The notes under the pieces: generated by a model
Told to the model about the DNA's origin: nothing
The model's database searches: none
What the model saw: only the letters and a program-made list of their open reading frames with translations
Assembly (NCBI GenBank): GCA_045106555.1
Contig: JBGCET010000003.1
Span: forward strand, 55,244-119,243
Reading direction: 5' to 3'
DNA length: 64,000 bases
DNA from: Lysobacterales bacterium
GTDB taxonomy: Bacteria; Pseudomonadota; Gammaproteobacteria; Xanthomonadales; SZUA-38
Position numbers and translations under genes: made by a program
Shown: positions 9,945-20,314 of the stretch, one piece after another
Position numbering within the stretch: the stretch's first letter is position 1
Layout: each line of letters starts with the position of its first letter

Positions 9945-10496
9945 TCATCCGGCACGTTCAAACCCGTCTCGCTTGTGCGGGTATTTCGCCAGTGCGCTGA
10001 GCATTAGCCACTGGGGAAACTGACGCCTAAGTCTGCTTGGCCCATGCACTACAATATTGCCAGCGGCAATTTCGTCTTTCAGGTTTCGTATGCCTCGCCA
10101 CGCCTCGATAAAGACCCGTAAATCCGCTTCAACGGACACACTGGATTCCAATCCTGGGTCCTTCATACACATGTCGATGCCTTTGGCGGATTTGACCAGC
10201 CAGAACCGTTCCAGACGTCGATTGGGTGACGACAGAGCAAACTCCAGAACCAGGTCTTCGGCGGGCCTCGTCTGCACGTTGATACGCAGGTGCATGCTCC
10301 AGGCTAAAAACGCGGGGTCCAGATCTTCCCATTCCATGTCCCGCCCCCAATGCTGGCCCTACACCGCCATCCGTTGGGCGAACAACGACCAAAATCCCGC
10401 GACCAAGGCGGATGTTAACTGGAACAACACCCATCGCCACACCTATGCCTTTCCGTCTTACCCCTTTGCCCACGGGACGGCCTGTGCTGCAGCCAT
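9945..10496 (-). pseudogene. Degraded HxlR-family winged-helix regulator with SCP2-like C-terminal domain
   Basis: Intact C-terminal part DLDPAFLAWSMHLRIN...DMCMKDPG...ADLRVFIEAWRG. The same frame upstream reads MAV*GQHWGRDM (TAG at 10359-10361 where the family has W in 'WG.xW'), with two more stops further up and no complete HTH. Confidence 0.7.
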
Positions 10497-10546
10497 GACC
10501 ATCTTGGCCGCATGTAATACAGCATTTCGATGCTGACTTAAGGCGG

Positions 10547-11173
10547 CTAATTCCCTGACCCGCCTGCGTGGCGTAGCTTGCGGCGCTGGGTCATGCGATA
10601 AAATCGCCGGGCCTCTGTGCGCCAGTGCGGATGGCGGATGTTGTCACCAAACCGCTTCATCCATTGTCGACACAGGCGGCCCGCCAATCGATTCACTGCC
10701 TGATATCGCTGTTGACTCTCTGTGCTTAAGCCTTCGCGCCAGCGAACAAATCGGAACAGCTGGCTGTGCAGCATTCGCAGATCCACTCGGCCATCGTGGG
10801 TTCCGGTCTCAAGGTGTTCGGCCAGGCCAAAAAATTTGTCCACTTCGCCCTGCAGTTCTAGCTCAAGCTGAGAGGTGTTTCTGTCGTGGCGGGCGCAGTA
10901 GGTCATGTAGGTAAAGTGGCTAACGCCCTCAATCAAAGCGCCCATCTGATTGAGATTAAGCGCTGCAATATTGTCGACAAGGTCTCGATGAAGGTACAGC
11001 GAGAGCTCAAGATCCTCATCAGTTTGTCGCACTAACAGTTGTTCAGAGGACAGATCCGGGTTGGCGCCCAGGAGTTTGACGACCTCGGGGTCGCTGACAA
11101 CAAAGTCTGAAACCCGATGGTGGGGCGTCAGATCGTAGCGGTTTTCTATGCTGCGCTGCAGCCGATTCAGCAT
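10547..11173 (-). CDS. Conserved hypothetical protein with EGVSHF...ELELQGEVDKF motif
   Basis: 208-aa ORF, translationally coupled (TGATG overlap at 11173) to the upstream gene. Confidence 0.75.
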   Translation of the reverse strand: MLNRLQRSIENRYDLTPHHRVSDFVVSDPEVVKLLGANPDLSSEQLLVRQTDEDLELSLYLHRDLVDNIAALNLNQMGALIEGVSHFTYMTYCARHDRNTSQLELELQGEVDKFFGLAEHLETGTHDGRVDLRMLHSQLFRFVRWREGLSTESQQRYQAVNRLAGRLCRQWMKRFGDNIRHPHWRTEARRFYRMTQRRKLRHAGGSGN

Positions 11174-11763
11174 CAGTGCGTGGAATGGTTGGCATCCAGA
11201 CTGATGCCTAGATTGACCAGTTGCGAGCGCGCCTGTTCATTACCGGTTTGTTGCCAAAGCTGATACAGGTTGAGAATTTCAGCCGCATCAAACTGCGCAC
11301 GATCACTGTGAATCAGGTCAGAAAGAAGGTTCACAAAGGGCACAAATTGACTGGCCAGTTCTTCAAACACCGCCAAGTCTTTCGGGCCGTTGTCTGCCAA
11401 ATACGAGTACGCGCTGCCACCCATGGTGACCAGGTAGTCTCGGCCCACGGCCCGGCGTTCCAGAGACTGGTGAAACAGGCCACCAACAAACAGCGCAACA
11501 TCGCCCAGTCGTTGCAGCAGACGATGGCGTTCCGCTTCACTGCGTGCGTTCGCGGCCTCGCCGTAAATCAACGCCAAAGGTTTGAGACCGCTGCGGCCAC
11601 AGTTGAGATCAAATAGTTCTTCGGAGCGGGCAAAGCGGGTAAGAAGATTGGTGAGATACCAAAGGGTGGCATCCTGGGGCTGCTGGCCCTGCCGATCGGC
11701 GGCGCGTCCAAGCGCGCGGTGAAAGTAGCCGGGCAACGAGCGTTCTGCGGTGGGTCCATGCAT
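11173..11763 (-). CDS. Conserved hypothetical all-helical protein
   Basis: 196-aa ORF with RBS AGGAG; motif LQRLGDVALFVGGLF...DY...MGGSAY. Confidence 0.75.
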   Translation of the reverse strand: MHGPTAERSLPGYFHRALGRAADRQGQQPQDATLWYLTNLLTRFARSEELFDLNCGRSGLKPLALIYGEAANARSEAERHRLLQRLGDVALFVGGLFHQSLERRAVGRDYLVTMGGSAYSYLADNGPKDLAVFEELASQFVPFVNLLSDLIHSDRAQFDAAEILNLYQLWQQTGNEQARSQLVNLGISLDANHSTH

Positions 11764-11922
11764 GGATTCAATCTCCTGATTAGTTGCTGAGTGTTGTGGG
11801 TATGACGCCTCTTTAGAGAAGTAATTATTTCGTGATGTTGATGAAAGATCGTCCGATCAGCGAAAAACTGATGAACCTGTCAACAAAAGCCTAGCAGAAA
11901 TTATCTGGCGAAAAGTGAACGC

Positions 11923-12753
11923 TCAGGGTGCCAGCACGCTATTGAGATAGGCCGCCAGTCGGATGCCGGCTTTGCTGAGTTGGGTGTGCACTGTGGCGAT
12001 GTGCTGGTAGTCGTATCGAAATCCCAAGTCCCGCTCTTCGGGATACAGGCCATCTCGCAGGGCGGTGGATTCTTTGATCCACTCCTCGGGGTCTACGTTC
12101 CACCACTGAACAACGTTTTGTGGTGTGATTTTTGGCGCAAGCCACTGTACCCATTCGGTGTAAGACAGTTTTTGTTTGTCGATCAGACCGTTGTCCCACA
12201 CTGAGTGCAGGTTGGAGCGGCGTCCGGCATAGGTAACGGCAAAGTCATTGCCGCCGCGATCGGTACCGTTGCCGGCATGCAGAGGTTGGTGGAGGTCTCC
12301 AATGACGTGAACCAAAAATCGCAGTGCCAACTGCTGGTCGTCAAGGCTGGTATCCGGGTCTTGTAAAACGGCGGTGAAGCGCTTGATCGCCGTGAGTGCA
12401 TCACCCTGGGGCGGCGCGCCCACGTCAGAGTAGGTCTCACCTTCAGGCACGGTAACGTAGTGCCAGGGGGCGGAGGTTTTCTGCCAAAACTTGCTGGGGT
12501 TAGAGCGCATGAAATCGGCCCAGGTTGAGGCCTGAGCCAATGTTTCGCCGCCGAGGATCATCTGTACCCGTGCGCGTGCGTAGCCGCTTAGATGCTGCTC
12601 AGCTATCATGCCAGTGACCCTGTGGCCTGTGGTGCCCCAAGCAAGCACTGAGCCGGACACGGTCAGCAACATAGCAGCCGCAGCGGTAATCAGTAGCCAC
12701 CTGATACTGCTTAAGTTGAGAGTTTTTGTAACTCCGATCATAACGCTGTCCAC
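11923..12753 (-). CDS. S1/P1 nuclease (secreted)
   Basis: Mature N-terminus WGTTGH; WAD, WHYV, HVIGDLHQPLH, DRGGN, NLHSVWD zinc-ligand motifs. Exact start uncertain. Confidence 0.95.
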   Translation of the reverse strand: MDSVMIGVTKTLNLSSIRWLLITAAAAMLLTVSGSVLAWGTTGHRVTGMIAEQHLSGYARARVQMILGGETLAQASTWADFMRSNPSKFWQKTSAPWHYVTVPEGETYSDVGAPPQGDALTAIKRFTAVLQDPDTSLDDQQLALRFLVHVIGDLHQPLHAGNGTDRGGNDFAVTYAGRRSNLHSVWDNGLIDKQKLSYTEWVQWLAPKITPQNVVQWWNVDPEEWIKESTALRDGLYPEERDLGFRYDYQHIATVHTQLSKAGIRLAAYLNSVLAP

Positions 12754-12867
12754 TACTCGTATCGCCCCTTGGGGCTATTCAGTTTTCTACCACACATTCA
12801 GAATGAGCGACAACGTAATGAGCGCTAACCAATGTGACCTTCAAGCACTGTGTCTTTAACCCAAACA

Positions 12868-13782
12868 TCAGGGTTTTTGCCCTGTGATTAAAGTTTGCCC
12901 AACACCCAGATACCCTTTAGCTGGATCCCAGAATGGCCGCACGGCAACTTGCGCAAAGCCGACCCTTCGTATCTCGTCCAAGAAATCCCAACCGAAATCG
13001 TAAAAGCACAAAACGCCATCAGCGTTTACTGGGTCGCCGTGATATTCAGGTTCTTGAAGGTGCTCAATTTTTCCATTGGCCAGACGTTTGGCTCGAACGA
13101 CGGTTGCTTCAAAATTGATGACAAACGGCACTGAAATTACAAGCTGTCCGCCTGGCTCAAGCACCCGAAAAAATTCTTCAAGCGCTGCCCGGTAGTCTGC
13201 AACATGTTCCAACACGTCAAAGGTTAATACGTGACTCAATGAGTGGGTAGCGAACGACAGCTGCGTGACATCCTCATGCCGCACGTTATGCCGACGATAG
13301 GGGGTTTGAGTGCCGGGTTTCAGTGTTTCGTCGACATACTCGCTGCCCACCGTATCAGGCCAATGTTTCGATGCCCATTGAAACACGGGGGTCAACTGTT
13401 CGGTCAGGTAAACTCTTGTTGGGCTGGGGTGCTGCTGAATCAGCCGGTCAGCCAGTTCTATTGACCCTCTCCAACGACTGATCAGGCCGCAATGTTGACA
13501 GTTCAGCTGTTCTCTCCAGTTGGCGAAGCCATCGCTGTTGGGTTCAAATGAGAACACGGTTTCACGCTCGCAGACTGAACACAACCCGCTGAGCTTTTGC
13601 GCTGCTCCAGCGAGTTCTTGCAGCGACGAGGTGATTTGAGTTTCCAGCAAGTATTGAGCGTCGAGAAACGGTTTCACACTATCGATGCTGTGGGGCAAAA
13701 CAGGAAAGTCCAAGCACGCTTTCCTCGCCTCTTCTGAACGCAATACTCTGAGCTTGTCATCGGCAGCAGTGATGGTTATCAC
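12868..13782 (-). CDS. Class I SAM-dependent methyltransferase with N-terminal Cys pairs (likely glycan tailoring)
   Basis: CSVC and CQHC pairs; EDVTQLSF, DVLEHV, RVLEPGG, PEYHGDP. Confidence 0.8.
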   Translation of the reverse strand: MITITAADDKLRVLRSEEARKACLDFPVLPHSIDSVKPFLDAQYLLETQITSSLQELAGAAQKLSGLCSVCERETVFSFEPNSDGFANWREQLNCQHCGLISRWRGSIELADRLIQQHPSPTRVYLTEQLTPVFQWASKHWPDTVGSEYVDETLKPGTQTPYRRHNVRHEDVTQLSFATHSLSHVLTFDVLEHVADYRAALEEFFRVLEPGGQLVISVPFVINFEATVVRAKRLANGKIEHLQEPEYHGDPVNADGVLCFYDFGWDFLDEIRRVGFAQVAVRPFWDPAKGYLGVGQTLITGQKP

Positions 13783-14315
13783 CTTTCAATTGAGAAAACA
13801 TAACGCATCGACTCTGCCCTAAAGGGCGTCCATTGAACTCCCAATGATATTGCACCCTTAGGTTCACCAGCGGTCGCATAGTAGCAAAGTCTGAGGGAAG
13901 TTTTGGTGGCGGGAAAGCTTGGTTTTCCATTGCTATGACGCGCGATCGTGGGCTTGGGATGGCGATAGAACCATCCGGAGCCTAATGTCGATAGGTATTC
14001 CGGAGGGAGGCGGCCGTTGGCCAGTGTCGCCACCCGGTGCGAGTAACTGATGGACTAGTCATTTGTTGCAGTTAGTTGTCTCCAGATCACCCAGAGCAAC
14101 TGCCGCTGAACCATTTGAGGGTTACTCGCGGTGGTTGGACGCGTCCCAACGCCAGAGGATTCGGCGGTCAACAAAGACGATTGAGCAAAATCTTACCTAT
14201 TGAGCGGCACCAGTCCGGCTACAATGAGATAACTGCCGCCGCACATTTTTCTAAAACGACCTCGGTATCGGCGCCCGGTAGCTTGTTCCCGCCAACCAGT
14301 CAGGAAAACCCGCTG

Positions 14316-15161
14316 ATGACCACTGATACTAGTCACCCAAACGGACATTTCTACTCACCCGTGGTTGACCCGGAAAGTCTGCTCGAACGCAAAGACACAA
14401 TCTGGCCGGCACATCCTGAAGTGCTGGGCATAGACTTCAATGATGAGTATCACTTAACAGTTCTAACTGAATATTTCCCGCGCCATTTTCCAAAATATGA
14501 TTATCCAGAGCATCGGCTGGAGGGTGCCAATGACAGTGCCTTTTACACCCAAAACAGTCAGTTCAGCTGGCTAGATTGCCGCACGCTGTTTGTGTTGCTC
14601 AACGAATGGCGGCCCAGTCGCTATGTGGAGGTGGGGTCTGGGTTTTCTTCGCTGTTGGCGGCTGATATCAATGCCCGATATTTAGACAATGCCTGTTCGG
14701 TGCGTTGTGTAGAACCCTATCCGCGGGAATTTTTGCTAAAGCCTATTGATGGACTCAGCGAAGTGGTGCAGTCAAAAGTTGAACTGCTTCCGTTAAAGTT
14801 CTTCTCCGAGCTGGCGGCCGGTGACGTGTTGTTTATTGACTCATCCCACGTGTCCAAAACTGGCAGCGATGTGAACTATCTGGTATTTGAGATTTTGCCC
14901 CGGCTGGCCCGGGGAGTGAAAATTCATATCCACGACTTGTTTTTCCCCCACGATTATCCTTCTGATTGGGTTCTGGAGGAGAATCGAAGCTGGAATGAGC
15001 AATACCTGATTCGAGCCCTGCTGATGTACAGCAATCGGTTTAGAGTGCTGTTTGGCTGTTCTTACGCACACCACAAGTTCCCGCAACAGGTAGCCAGCGC
15101 ACTCAACCTCCCTGACGGGCGCGCGTTCGCTGGAGGAAGCCTGTGGCTTTCAGTCGTCTAA
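14316..15161 (+). CDS. Class I SAM-dependent methyltransferase (Methyltransf_24-like)
   Basis: GHFYSPV, EVGSGFSS, LFIDSSHV, HIHDLFFP, WNEQY. Start moved to ATG 14316, which follows AGGA. Confidence 0.85.
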   Translation: MTTDTSHPNGHFYSPVVDPESLLERKDTIWPAHPEVLGIDFNDEYHLTVLTEYFPRHFPKYDYPEHRLEGANDSAFYTQNSQFSWLDCRTLFVLLNEWRPSRYVEVGSGFSSLLAADINARYLDNACSVRCVEPYPREFLLKPIDGLSEVVQSKVELLPLKFFSELAAGDVLFIDSSHVSKTGSDVNYLVFEILPRLARGVKIHIHDLFFPHDYPSDWVLEENRSWNEQYLIRALLMYSNRFRVLFGCSYAHHKFPQQVASALNLPDGRAFAGGSLWLSVV

Positions 15162-15303
15162 AGCGACGGCGGGTCTCAGCGGCGATCCTCACAAGCGCTA
15201 TACAAGTGCGTCCGTTGGTGGAAAACCTCTGCCGCTTATGACATAAACATCGATTCATCAAGGTCTTGGCGACAAGCTCTGGTTTTCACTCGAGCAGACC
15301 ACT

Positions 15304-15963
15304 ATGACTTTTAGATCCATCGCATTAACCACAATACTTGCCGCCACCTCCACCGGTGCCAACGCCGAGTTTTACTTGCGCGGACATATGCTGCTGACAA
15401 ATCTGGCTGACGACAGCGATTCAGAGGTAATTCTCAATGCCCTCCCTGCCGGATCTGTGGACACCCGTTTTGATAGCGGACTTGGTTTTGGTGGTGGAGT
15501 AGGTTGGGTGTTTGGCCAACGGTGGCGTGCCGAGGCTGAGTTTGGCTATTTATCGGCGGGCGTTGATCAGGCGAGGGTAGGCGCTGAGTTTACGGCCGAC
15601 GGAGATAATTTTGCCTCAACGGGGCTAGGCGTCAATGTGCTTTATCACTTTAACGATGACGTAGCCGGCCGCCAAGGATTTAGCCCCTACGTTGGCATTG
15701 GGCTTGTGTTCTTGAATGAAATCGATATCGACCTTGAAGGTACGGGGGTTGGCGGTGCCTTTGAAGATCTGGAGGGTGATGATGTAGCCCCTCAATTAAT
15801 TCTAGGTGTGAATCGGGGGCTGGGCGACCGCTGGAGTGTTGGCGGTGAGCTTCGCTACCTGGCCGGAGGTGGTGTGGATCTGGCCAACGACACTGCGGCA
15901 ATTCGAGACATTAACTACACCAGCGTGAACGCCGGTGTAACGCTTACCTATTGGTTTGACTGA
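15304..15963 (+). CDS. Small outer-membrane beta-barrel protein (OmpA-TM/OmpW-like)
   Basis: Signal peptide ANA-E; amphipathic strands WRAEAEFGY, SPYVGIG, C-terminal GVTLTYWF. Confidence 0.85.
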   Translation: MTFRSIALTTILAATSTGANAEFYLRGHMLLTNLADDSDSEVILNALPAGSVDTRFDSGLGFGGGVGWVFGQRWRAEAEFGYLSAGVDQARVGAEFTADGDNFASTGLGVNVLYHFNDDVAGRQGFSPYVGIGLVFLNEIDIDLEGTGVGGAFEDLEGDDVAPQLILGVNRGLGDRWSVGGELRYLAGGGVDLANDTAAIRDINYTSVNAGVTLTYWFD

Positions 15964-16844
15964 GTCTTTGGCGGCCCGCTCTGTGGGTAGACTGCGTGAG
16001 CTGCCAGCGAGGCACGAACCGCTGCCCTCCGTCGACGGCTGACCGGAATGATGGCACCGTCTGTCATCTCGCAAAACCAGTTCTGCTGTTTCTTAAGAAG
16101 ACGCCGGACCTGTTTTTCCGCAACCCAGTAGGAGCGGTGGACCTGGAGCCCTTGAACGGAATCGAGGGCATTTTCCATAGCGTAACGAAAACCACAACGA
16201 ATCAGCGCTTTGCCTTCAGTAGTGGCAACCCGAAGGTAGTGTTCCTCTGCTCGCACCCACAGAAGGCTTCGGCCCAGGTTGTCCGGTAATTGCTGCCAGA
16301 ATTTTCCATCCGATGACAATGCGTCTGGTGTGCTTGCTGTCGGTTCGACGGAGTCTTTGGCGGGTACAGGACTAAACGTAGCCGGACCTGTTCTGGATTC
16401 GGAGTGCCCAAAGTCTGGTCGAATCCTTGATCGAAGCAACAACCAACACCCCACAAACGCCACGACAAGTTGTCGCCATTCCTGAAACCAATCCGTTAGT
16501 CGTGAATTTGAAGGTTGCGACAACCCAAACTCCACCTCCATTTGCCAGGCAAAGGGCGTGTAGACCAGACTCGCGCCCACAGCGCAAATGGCGATCAGGG
16601 GAAGGGTAGGCAGCGCTGGGATTCTGCGCCTGATCCACAGCCGCTCCAGCGCCCAGCACAGCGCCGCGCCGACGCAGATCTGAGCAACCCAAAAAATTCC
16701 GCGGGAGGGAACTGTCAGCTGGTCTGTGCCCGCAGGTGCCAAAGCCGCAACGGCGATGCCGAGCAAAGCCGACAAGCCCAGCAATCCCGGCGTGCGAGTG
16801 GAGAATTTCTGCAAATACCCAGCTGTCATAGTAATCCTTAGCAA
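15948..16844 (-). CDS. Membrane-bound LytTR-domain transcriptional regulator
   Basis: About four TM helices, then AEEHYLRV, GLQVHRSYWVA, IPVSRRR (LytTR). Confidence 0.88.
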   Translation of the reverse strand: MLRITMTAGYLQKFSTRTPGLLGLSALLGIAVAALAPAGTDQLTVPSRGIFWVAQICVGAALCWALERLWIRRRIPALPTLPLIAICAVGASLVYTPFAWQMEVEFGLSQPSNSRLTDWFQEWRQLVVAFVGCWLLLRSRIRPDFGHSESRTGPATFSPVPAKDSVEPTASTPDALSSDGKFWQQLPDNLGRSLLWVRAEEHYLRVATTEGKALIRCGFRYAMENALDSVQGLQVHRSYWVAEKQVRRLLKKQQNWFCEMTDGAIIPVSRRRRAAVRASLAAHAVYPQSGPPKTQSNQ

Positions 16845-16868
16845 CGTTCGATTGCGGCGCGGGCCGGC

Positions 16869-17417
16869 TTATTGAAACCCCTCCTGCCCAAGCTGCTGGG
16901 GTAGCTGGGGGATTTTCAGCAGCTTATCGGTGGCGTACCCCTGTAGCGCGAATGCCTGCAGGTACTCCTGATAGACCGCGTCGGGCATTTGCGCTTCCCG
17001 AGCCATAATCCATCCATACTTTCGGCTGGGGTGGGCAATAGCCACGTAGCGATACTCAGGGTCCAGCTTGATCACCAGGTAGTCGAAGGTAAAGGGCCAC
17101 ACAAACCGAGTCTTCAGACGGCCAGGCTGGGCATCATCAGGTACCCAGGCCACACCCTCCATGGTTTTTTCCTCGCCGCCAAATTTTTTGCGATAGAAAT
17201 ACAGGTCGTCGAAACGTCCGTCGTCACGCTCACGAAACACAACCCGTGGCGCGACGTTGTCGCGTTCAAAAAAGTAGGGAATATTGGCAATGACGTACCA
17301 CTGGCCGTCGTATCGTTCCATGGACAGCTCATCCACGACGGTAATTGGGTTCAGCCCTCTGGGGGCGGAAGCGCAGCCAGTTAGCAGCAATGCTGCCAAT
17401 ATCAGGATCAATCGCAT
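16869..17417 (-). CDS. blc: Bacterial lipocalin (Blc-like lipoprotein)
   Basis: Lipobox LLTGC; RYDGQWYVIA, FVWPF.FDY, YGWIMAR. Confidence 0.85.
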   Translation of the reverse strand: MRLILILAALLLTGCASAPRGLNPITVVDELSMERYDGQWYVIANIPYFFERDNVAPRVVFRERDDGRFDDLYFYRKKFGGEEKTMEGVAWVPDDAQPGRLKTRFVWPFTFDYLVIKLDPEYRYVAIAHPSRKYGWIMAREAQMPDAVYQEYLQAFALQGYATDKLLKIPQLPQQLGQEGFQ

Positions 17418-17542
17418 GGTTTTCTCCAGAAGCGGAGATCAATCATCGGCGAAACCCCATGTATGTTTCGTCAAGGTAGGGTTGGGGGTTTGTTTGATGT
17501 AGCCCAAGCCGAGCTTCCGGCTCAGCGATAATCGGCGATTAG

Positions 17543-18094
17543 CTAACTCCAGATATACCGGGTTACGCCGGAACGACGTCGACGGCGCATACGAGAATGC
17601 AGCACCGCCCGCCGGTCTTCCAGCCAGGCTTCCCGCGGCCTATCTGAGGCCTCACCGTTCGACTTAAGCCTGGCCTCATGGTGGGCTCGGAACTCACAGA
17701 AGTCTGCATACGCTTCGATGTCATGCTTCAAGTCTCGGGTGACCAGCTCGATCATGATGGCATCATCTAAAAACCCCAGGGCGGGGACTTCATCAGGGAT
17801 CAGATCTTCGGCTTCGGTAAAATACGCCAGCGTCGCCGCAATTCGGTCTCGGTCTGTGCCGGTAATCTTCCACTCTATATCCGTGAGCATGTCCACCAAT
17901 GCGGCAAGACGGTCCAACCGGTCAGAAACAAACGCAGGCACTTTTTTTGCCCGGGTGGCTAGGATCAATTCCCGAGCAGCGGCCGCTATTTCATCGATAG
18001 ACAGCGCTTTCGCGGCCTTTTTGGTGTCACGCATGGCTTTGCGAAAGTGTCGAAGGTCGTCATCTGACAACTCGAGCATTATTTTCAGCGACAT
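17543..18094 (-). CDS. DUF1232/YkvA family protein
   Basis: LAYF..EDLIPDEVPALGFLDDA signature. Confidence 0.85.
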   Translation of the reverse strand: MSLKIMLELSDDDLRHFRKAMRDTKKAAKALSIDEIAAAARELILATRAKKVPAFVSDRLDRLAALVDMLTDIEWKITGTDRDRIAATLAYFTEAEDLIPDEVPALGFLDDAIMIELVTRDLKHDIEAYADFCEFRAHHEARLKSNGEASDRPREAWLEDRRAVLHSRMRRRRRSGVTRYIWS

Positions 18095-18253
18095 CGCAGT
18101 CTCCCTGATTCAACCTGATGGATAGCTTCAAGCTTACTCTCAGACAGCAGTGATTCGGCTCTGAGCATCCATAATGGGCAATCAATGCAACACGGGATCC
18201 CTGCAGGTTGATCTTGACGTCCCTCGTCTCGTTGGCGTACACCCTGAATGAGA

Positions 18254-19486
18254 TCAGGTCATAAGGCTCGCGACGCGCTCACGTTCAGCCTGCATGGTGG
18301 CGATCTGCGGATGGTCCTTATAGCGAGAGATTAATTGATCAAGCACTTTCAGCGCATCAGCATCGCGGCCAAGCTTGTTGGTGAAAATTTGCGCGGTCAG
18401 GTACGCATGGCCTACCACGTCTTTGTGGCCCGGAAACTGCCGCACAAATCCTTGAGCCATGGTGATCGCTCGGTGCGAGTCGCCGGCATTCAGCAAGTGT
18501 TTGCAAAGGGCCAGGCTGAGGTCGGGGTCGGGCATCAGGAAGTTTTCATCCAGCGCCTGGGCTTGGCCCAACAATTTCAGGCTTTCATCAAATTCGTCAT
18601 CAGCCAGATGCACTATGAGGCGTTGGCGAATTACCGCCACTTGGCCTTCAGCGTCGTCAGTTTCCACGGCCAGCTGCAGCAAAGCATCGGCTGGCGGCGA
18701 TAGTGGCCCACGTTCAGCCATGGACCGATGCAATAGTTGGCGGGCTCCATGGGCGTCGCCTTTATCCAGCAGGGCCTGCGCCTGCAGTACCGTCGGGTCG
18801 TTCAGCGGTTGCCTGGGGCGCTGGATTCTGAAATCTTCGGTTAGGCCCATGCCAAAATCATCGTGGTACTGGTAGATCACATATCCCAAGAGGTAGAAGA
18901 TTGCGACGATGGCGTATCGGCTGACCAATTCGCCGCCCAGACTGCCCACCAGTGGGATGAACGAAAGCAGGGACGCGGCCGCGAAGCTGGCTGCCAGAAT
19001 TCCGCCACAGATAGCCAGCAGCATGAGGTAGCGAGAGCCAAGGATTTGGCTGACCGCTATCCAGGTGACGGGGTTAAGCGCCGAAAATAGGTTTTGATCC
19101 ATTGCCAGGGCCATCGTGGCCACGGGCAAGATGGCTAGCATTACAGCGAGTGCACACAAGGCCGCGATGACACCCAAATTGATATGAACCAGCGCTACGG
19201 GTATGCCCAGAATTACCCAAAGCAGGAACTGCTGCCAGGCTATTGAGCTGCCCATCTGATCAAAGTATCCGGTCCGGGGTTCAAGGTTCCCGGAAGCTGT
19301 GTGAGTCAGCACGCCATAGGCAAAGTTGTAGGTAGCAACCCAAACCAGACTGCCCAGCAGAAAAAGACCGGAGCACAGCCATCCCAGGAGGCCAAGTACA
19401 CCAATGGCGATGGCGTTTTCTCCCTTCAGGGGGTAAGCCAGTATCTTGGGCACATACTGCCAGAATGGTTCGGCGGGCTGGTTCAT
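18254..19486 (-). CDS. Integral membrane protein with C-terminal TPR-like helices
   Basis: Several hydrophobic segments in the N-terminal half and a helical-repeat C-terminus. Confidence 0.7.
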   Translation of the reverse strand: MNQPAEPFWQYVPKILAYPLKGENAIAIGVLGLLGWLCSGLFLLGSLVWVATYNFAYGVLTHTASGNLEPRTGYFDQMGSSIAWQQFLLWVILGIPVALVHINLGVIAALCALAVMLAILPVATMALAMDQNLFSALNPVTWIAVSQILGSRYLMLLAICGGILAASFAAASLLSFIPLVGSLGGELVSRYAIVAIFYLLGYVIYQYHDDFGMGLTEDFRIQRPRQPLNDPTVLQAQALLDKGDAHGARQLLHRSMAERGPLSPPADALLQLAVETDDAEGQVAVIRQRLIVHLADDEFDESLKLLGQAQALDENFLMPDPDLSLALCKHLLNAGDSHRAITMAQGFVRQFPGHKDVVGHAYLTAQIFTNKLGRDADALKVLDQLISRYKDHPQIATMQAERERVASLMT

Positions 19487-19909
19487 CCGAAAATTCTACA
19501 CCGAGCGAGGCACTAATCGATGTTCTGAAGCCCATTGGCAGCCGCCATCAGCAAGGTTTCTGGATCAAAAGGTTTGTGCAAAAAACCGGCTTACGGCCGT
19601 CCAGCCATTTTTGGCAATGCTTGCTGGCGACGACGGCCGCGAACATGTTGGGCGCATGATCGAAAACTCGCGATAAAAACTCGCCGGTCGCTGATCTTCC
19701 TGGTGCTTTGGCACCCGATTTTTTCTGTCTTATCCTAGAAATGCTGCAACACACCATAGCACTATGGTGCGACAAAACTCCCGTTGAATAACCGCTGGAC
19801 GATAGAAAGTAGGCGTCCCAGCTTCCATCCAGAGCCCAATTGGCGACACCCTCGGCAGGGCAGTACGGCGCCAACGAACACGCTAGAATACGGCGACGGA
19901 GGAAAACCC

Positions 19910-20284
19910 ATGAAAAAGTATGTGTTCGTGGCGCTCATGGCGCTGGTGTCAACCGGGATTGCCCAACAGGCGCCGGCAAATGGCGAAATGCGAGCCGCAG
20001 CAGGTGGCAGATTTGAGGCTTGGCACCAAGCCAGCATGACCTGGGTAACGCCGGAGAGTTTCTGGCGCCGTTACGCCGAGGGGCGCGGCGGGGTGACCTG
20101 GGGCAGCGGCAGCGAGTATCCGCCTTATGCCCAGGTAAAGGAAACCGACACATTCCTGGTTGAGCTCGATAGCGGCAGTTGTTTGATGATGTTCTGGCAC
20201 AAACGCTGGCGCAGAGCCAACGACGTGCGGCGCTGGGATACTCGATTCAATGACGTGGGCGCATGCCCACACGTTTTCAAATAA
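19910..20284 (+). CDS. Small secreted hypothetical protein (Trp-rich, two Cys)
   Basis: RBS GGAGG before MKKYVFVALMALVSTGIA signal peptide. Confidence 0.7.
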   Translation: MKKYVFVALMALVSTGIAQQAPANGEMRAAAGGRFEAWHQASMTWVTPESFWRRYAEGRGGVTWGSGSEYPPYAQVKETDTFLVELDSGSCLMMFWHKRWRRANDVRRWDTRFNDVGACPHVFK

Positions 20285-20314
20285 CCGACCCACATAAAGA
20301 AAGAGAGGGCCACC

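Noticed and set aside
13783-14315. Long intergenic region with weak hairpins as a possible ncRNA or riboswitch
   Set aside because: No recognisable RNA family motif by eye; an Rfam/Infernal search would be needed. The same applies to 19487-19909 and 53074-53386.
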